Assembly: GCA_046598045.1 (NCBI GenBank) | Contig: JBKJJJ010000200.1 | Location: forward strand, 1 to 39,344 | Direction of reading: 5' to 3' | Length of the DNA: 39,344 nt | Source: Candidatus Eiseniibacteriota bacterium | Lineage (GTDB): Bacteria > Eisenbacteria > RBG-16-71-46 > DASYSL01 | In this document: piece by piece, positions 35,127-39,344 of the stretch | Position numbering within the stretch: the stretch's first letter is position 1 | How the letters are laid out: every line of letters starts with the position of its first letter | The notes under the pieces: generated by a model | Databases searched by the model: none | Told to the model about the DNA's origin: nothing | Seen by the model: only the letters and a program-made list of their open reading frames with translations | Position numbers and translations under genes: made by a program

Positions 35127-38100
35127 GGCGTGGTCCCGGGGGCTTGAAGTTGATGCAGCGCGCTCTCGAGGGCGGCGGGGTCGGTGACCCGTTCGCGGGC
35201 CTGTTCGAGCAGCAGGCGGGCTTCGTTCGATTTGCCGGCCTGGGCGAGCGCCTGTGCGCGGTACAGCCAGGCGGCCGACTCGGCCGGGTGAATCTCGTTG
35301 GCGCGCGCGAAATGCGCGATGCCCTCCTCGATGTGCGCCTCGCGCATGGCGAGCACGCCCAGATTCACGCTGGCATCGTACTGGTCGTCGGCGCCGCCGA
35401 GGGCGAGCGCGCGGCGGAACATGGCGCCGGCCGCCGCGAGACTGTCCGCGCGCATGGCGACGCGCCCGCGCGCGATCAGGGCCGGCGCCGAGGCGGGCCG
35501 CTCCTTGAGCAGCCCGTCGAGTTGCCGGCGCGCGGGGTCGAGATCGCCGGCTTCGTATGCCTGGCGGGCGTGGTCGAGCCGATTCTTGAAATCGCTCTCG
35601 CGCGCGGAGGCGCGCAGGGCCTCGAACAACGGTTCGGCACGCGTCGGGTTCTGCGCCATCAGGCCGCGCAGCCAGCGGTTCGCACCGGCCAGGTTGCCGC
35701 CTGCCATGAGCGAGTTGGTGACTGCGATCGCGAGGTCGAACGGGCTCTCCCCGGTCGTCCAGTGCCCGAGGTCGGCCACCGGGTCGGTGTCGCGCACCGA
35801 TTGCTCGGAAAACGGCAGTTCCGATGGCAGGACCGAGTACAGGTCGATCGGCGCCCGGTACTCCACGAACGGCCGATCGTCGAGGTTGAGCGGCGCGGCA
35901 GGCAGCCGGGGCACGACCTCGGGGAGCGCCGCCTGGCGCAACGCGACGAGGTCGGCGGGCGCCTTGACCTCGGCGCGCGCGAGATCCTTCGCCACCTGGG
36001 GACGGGCCATGATGTGCGCCACGCGCGCGATGTCGAGCGGGCGCCCGTCCTCGACGGCGACGAACAGGATGTCGCGCCCGCTCAGGAACACCTGCGCGTT
36101 GGGGAAGACCTCGTGCAGGCTGCGCATGAGCGACGACAGCGTGACGCCCGACATCTCGTAGAACTGCATCCACTGGCAGAACACGCCGCCCGGGGCGAGG
36201 TGTTGCTTGACCAGGCGGTAGAAGTCGACCGTGAACAGGTTGTTGACCCCCGCGAGCCAGGGGTTCGAGGGCTCGGAGATGATCACGTCATAGGGCCGGG
36301 CGGCGTGGGCGATGAACATACGGCCGTCGTCGATGTGGACGGTCAGGCGCGGGTCGGCGGTCGGGTTGCCGTTATAGGGGCGGAAGTATTGATCCGCGGT
36401 CAGCACCGCGGGCTCGATTTCGACCACGTCGACCGACCTGAGGGGGTGTGTGAGCGCGCTGCCGACCGTCACGCCCGAGCCGTAGCCGACGATCGCGACG
36501 CGCGCCGAGTCCGGGGCCCACATCATCGGCAACTGGCCGGCGAGGATCTGCGTGCGCATGTCGAGGCTCGTGCTGGCGTCGGTCTTGCCGTTGAAGCGCA
36601 GCGCGATGATCGGCGGCGTGGTGCGCGTCTTGTGCACCGTGACCGTGCCCTGGCGGCCCTCGACGAACGACAGCAGTTCCTCCTGCGCCATCTGGTCGCG
36701 CAGGCTCTGGCGCGCGCTCTCGGGCGTGGCGGCAGTCATCGACGCGCTGGCGATCAGGGGCCGAAACACGCCGATCGACAGCAGGCCACGATTCCACGGC
36801 GGCGAGAACACGACCGCGACCACGAACCCGGCGACGACCAGCGCGGGGACGGCGAGCGTGACGATGGGCGCGCCCTCGGGGATCGACGAGCGCCTGCGCG
36901 GCGGCTGCGGGGCGGCGAACCAGGCGACGACGCCGATCGCGAGCGCGACCACGGACACGCCGATCAGCGTGCCGTGCATGCCGAACAGGTGGACGAGCAC
37001 GAAACCCGCGAGCAGGGAGCCGGTGATCGTGCCGAGCGTGTTCCAGCCGTAGGCGCGGCCGGTGGTCAAAGAGGGCGAGTCGCCGGGGCGCGCCGACAGG
37101 CGGGTCGCCACCGGGAAGATCGCGCCGAACGCGAGGCACGCCGGCAGCATGAACCCGGCCAGCAGCAGGCTCTCCTGCACCCACAGGCCGCGCACGTTCC
37201 CGTGGGCCAGCACGATGCGCCCGAGCAGGTCCCACGGTGCGTCCGCGATGCGGATCGAGGCGTACAGGATCCCGAGCGCCGCGAACCACTGGAGCCCGGC
37301 GAAGAGGCGCCACGACGGGCCGCGGCGCGTGACCCACGGGACGATCAGCGCGGCGCCGGCCGCAATGCCGACGAGGAAGGTGGCGAGCACGAGCGCGAAC
37401 GAGTAGACCGACGACCCGAGCAGGATGCCGGCCACGCGCGACCACGCGATCTGGGTCGAGAGCGACACCGCGCCCGAACAAGCGAACAGCGCGAGCATGA
37501 GACCCGGGCGTCCCGTCTCCTGGGCGGCGGGCGCCGGCGCGGCGGCCGGGCGGGGCACGGCGACCTGGGCGGGCGCGGCGGACTGAGCCGGCGCGGCGGT
37601 CTCGCCCAGTTTACCCGAGACCAGCGTCATGGTGGCGCCGAGCGTCAGGCTGATCGCGCCGGCGATGAGCGCGGTGGTGGTCAGGCCGAGCGTGGGCAGG
37701 AGCACGAAGCCCGCGAGCACCGTCCCGATCACCGCGCCCGCCGTGTTGACCGCGTAAAGCGTCCCGAGCACGCGCGCGAGGTCGGCGCGGCGCGATCCCC
37801 ACGACACGAGGATCGGCAGCGTGGCGCCCATCAGCGTCGTGGGCAGGAGCAGGAGCGCGAACGTGGCGAGGAAGCGCACCACGAAATAGACCGGGCTGGC
37901 GCCGCCGAACGCGATGTAGGCGGCGCCGAGAGGGCCGTCGAGCAGCCGGATCAGCCACGGCGAGACCAGGCCGAACACGCCGATACCGATCTCGAGCAGG
38001 CCGTAGGAGCGCACCGGGCGCGCCTGGCCTGCGCCGGATTTGCCGGCCCACGAGGCGCCGAGCGCGAGTCCGCCCATGTACGCCGCGACCACGGTCGTGA

Positions 38101-38215
38101 TCGCCTCGAGCGTGTTGCCGAGCACGTGGCCCAGCCCCTTGCTCCACACCACCTCGAGCATGAGGCTCGAGGCGCCCGACACGAAGAACGCGAGGATGAC
38201 GAACAGCCGCATCAT
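35123..38215 (-). CDS. fused MFS-like membrane domain / spermidine-synthase-like SAM-fold domain / TPR protein
   Basis: SG..SL..EVVW, LMGATLP, LYAVNT.GA TM motifs, occurring twice. GYGSGVT, VEIEP, DDGR, YDVIISEPSNPW. C-terminal TPR helices. Confidence 0.92.
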   Translation of the reverse strand: MMRLFVILAFFVSGASSLMLEVVWSKGLGHVLGNTLEAITTVVAAYMGGLALGASWAGKSGAGQARPVRSYGLLEIGIGVFGLVSPWLIRLLDGPLGAAYIAFGGASPVYFVVRFLATFALLLLPTTLMGATLPILVSWGSRRADLARVLGTLYAVNTAGAVIGTVLAGFVLLPTLGLTTTALIAGAISLTLGATMTLVSGKLGETAAPAQSAAPAQVAVPRPAAAPAPAAQETGRPGLMLALFACSGAVSLSTQIAWSRVAGILLGSSVYSFALVLATFLVGIAAGAALIVPWVTRRGPSWRLFAGLQWFAALGILYASIRIADAPWDLLGRIVLAHGNVRGLWVQESLLLAGFMLPACLAFGAIFPVATRLSARPGDSPSLTTGRAYGWNTLGTITGSLLAGFVLVHLFGMHGTLIGVSVVALAIGVVAWFAAPQPPRRRSSIPEGAPIVTLAVPALVVAGFVVAVVFSPPWNRGLLSIGVFRPLIASASMTAATPESARQSLRDQMAQEELLSFVEGRQGTVTVHKTRTTPPIIALRFNGKTDASTSLDMRTQILAGQLPMMWAPDSARVAIVGYGSGVTVGSALTHPLRSVDVVEIEPAVLTADQYFRPYNGNPTADPRLTVHIDDGRMFIAHAARPYDVIISEPSNPWLAGVNNLFTVDFYRLVKQHLAPGGVFCQWMQFYEMSGVTLSSLMRSLHEVFPNAQVFLSGRDILFVAVEDGRPLDIARVAHIMARPQVAKDLARAEVKAPADLVALRQAALPEVVPRLPAAPLNLDDRPFVEYRAPIDLYSVLPSELPFSEQSVRDTDPVADLGHWTTGESPFDLAIAVTNSLMAGGNLAGANRWLRGLMAQNPTRAEPLFEALRASARESDFKNRLDHARQAYEAGDLDPARRQLDGLLKERPASAPALIARGRVAMRADSLAAAGAMFRRALALGGADDQYDASVNLGVLAMREAHIEEGIAHFARANEIHPAESAAWLYRAQALAQAGKSNEARLLLEQARERVTDPAALESALHQLQAPGTTP

Positions 38216-38234
38216 CGGGACTCCCGGGAACGGT

Positions 38235-39344
38235 TCAGCGTTTGACGGCGGCGGGGACGGACGCCGGCTCGGGCCCGAGATCCACGCGGCCCAGCGCCCG
38301 CTCGTTGCGGGTGACCGGCATCCCGCGCCGAAGTCGGGCCAATTCGGCCTGCAGCAGGCGCTCGGTCTGCTCGGCGATGGCCTCCTTCACCACGAACGTG
38401 CGCACTTCCTCGAACGTGCGCGGACGGTAGGACACGCGCTCGACCAGCCGGAGCACCACGAAGCGGCCCGCGCTCTGGCCCGCGAGCGGTTGGGCCAGCA
38501 GATCTCCCGGCTTGAGTTTTTGCACCGCCTGGACGAGCGCGGAGTCGGGATAGGCGTCGGGCAGGGTCGAGGTGCTGCCGCACTGGTCGCGCGAGGGACC
38601 CGCGGGCACGTGCCGGGCGCAGACCGAGTCCCAGCTCGCGCCGGCTTTGAGTTCAGCCAGCACCGAATCGGCGGTCGCCTGTCCCGGCGTGACCACGTTC
38701 GCCACCAGGGAATGCCCCTGGACGGCGTAGCGCTCGCGGTTCCTCTGGTAGAACGGCTTGAGCACCGCGTCGCTGGTGTCGATCTTCGCCTCGACGTGGC
38801 GGACGAAGTAGTGGTCGAGCGCAACGCCTTCGCGCTGGGTCGCCAACTTCTCGAGCACGGCGGGATCCCGATCGAAGCCCTGGCGCAGAGCTTCCTGGCC
38901 GAACCACATCTGGCCCAGGAACTGCTCGGAGCGCGCCTTGACCGCCCCCTGAGTCACCGGAAAGTCGGTCTCGAACGGGTTGAGAAGCACGAAGCGGCGC
39001 ACGAACTCGCCCGCGGTCATCGCGCCCACGGTCGAGCGCACCAGCACGAGGCCGGTGTCCGCCGGCGCGAGCTGGGGCACGCGCTGGTTGAGCTTGAGCG
39101 AGAACGGCTTCGAGGGATCGGGCTTGGTCGGGTCGAGCAGGCCGTAGCCGCGCGCCAGGCGGGCGGCCGCCGAATCGTCCCACGCGGGCTCGAGCAGGAG
39201 CCGGATCCTGGCGTTGACCTCAAGGGAGCGGCGGGGCTCGGCCAGCGTGTGGGCGTAAGTCTCGATCGCCTGGGGCGGGACGACGCCGCCCCTCACGGAG
39301 GCCGTCAACCGCGCGAGCGCGCTGTCGCGGTCGGACGGCAGCAC
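38235..39344 (-). CDS. SurA/PrsA-like parvulin-domain protein, 5'-truncated by the window edge
   Basis: Frame is open to the window end. Shares APADTG, LDHYF, ADS.L..++.GAS and R[ST]FE motifs with 33306-35126. Confidence 0.75.
   Translation of the reverse strand: MLPSDRDSALARLTASVRGGVVPPQAIETYAHTLAEPRRSLEVNARIRLLLEPAWDDSAAARLARGYGLLDPTKPDPSKPFSLKLNQRVPQLAPADTGLVLVRSTVGAMTAGEFVRRFVLLNPFETDFPVTQGAVKARSEQFLGQMWFGQEALRQGFDRDPAVLEKLATQREGVALDHYFVRHVEAKIDTSDAVLKPFYQRNRERYAVQGHSLVANVVTPGQATADSVLAELKAGASWDSVCARHVPAGPSRDQCGSTSTLPDAYPDSALVQAVQKLKPGDLLAQPLAGQSAGRFVVLRLVERVSYRPRTFEEVRTFVVKEAIAEQTERLLQAELARLRRGMPVTRNERALGRVDLGPEPASVPAAVKR

Overview
Very GC-rich bacterial chromosome segment. The FlgD-Ig-tailed secreted proteins and the C-terminal TWGxxKxQYR tails suggest Candidatus Eisenbacteria or a related FCB-associated lineage (inference). 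Most of the window is + strand housekeeping DNA: aminotransferase, split transketolase, tRNA-Leu, smpB-amidase-GerMN-murI-rph-rdgB, ppk2-cydAB, tRNA-Pro/Arg/His (minus strand), ssb, tmRNA, DUF2059, yggS-yggT-yggU-pnp-dksA-lspA-rluD-rsbW-ruvX-mltG-larE-DUF3098-like and tRNA-Val. Two envelope-protein regions stand out. (i) At 470-9391: a lamin-tail/FlgD-Ig protein coupled to two predicted outer-membrane beta-barrels, a 12-repeat kelch protein, and a second lamin-tail protein. (ii) At 30.1-33.2 kb: a cluster behind a near-consensus promoter, encoding an Ig + dockerin-like protein and two Cys-rich paralogous secreted proteins. Three secreted proteins from two unrelated families end in the same motif, P-x4-TWG-x-[IL]K-x-QYR. 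This is the best candidate for a poorly characterised C-terminal sorting system, possibly feeding a dockerin/cohesin-like surface assembly. The right end carries a minus-strand operon with two degenerate parvulin/SurA-like proteins flanking an MFS-spermidine-synthase-TPR fusion. I saw no integrase, IS or CRISPR array. All family calls are by eye; no database searches were run.
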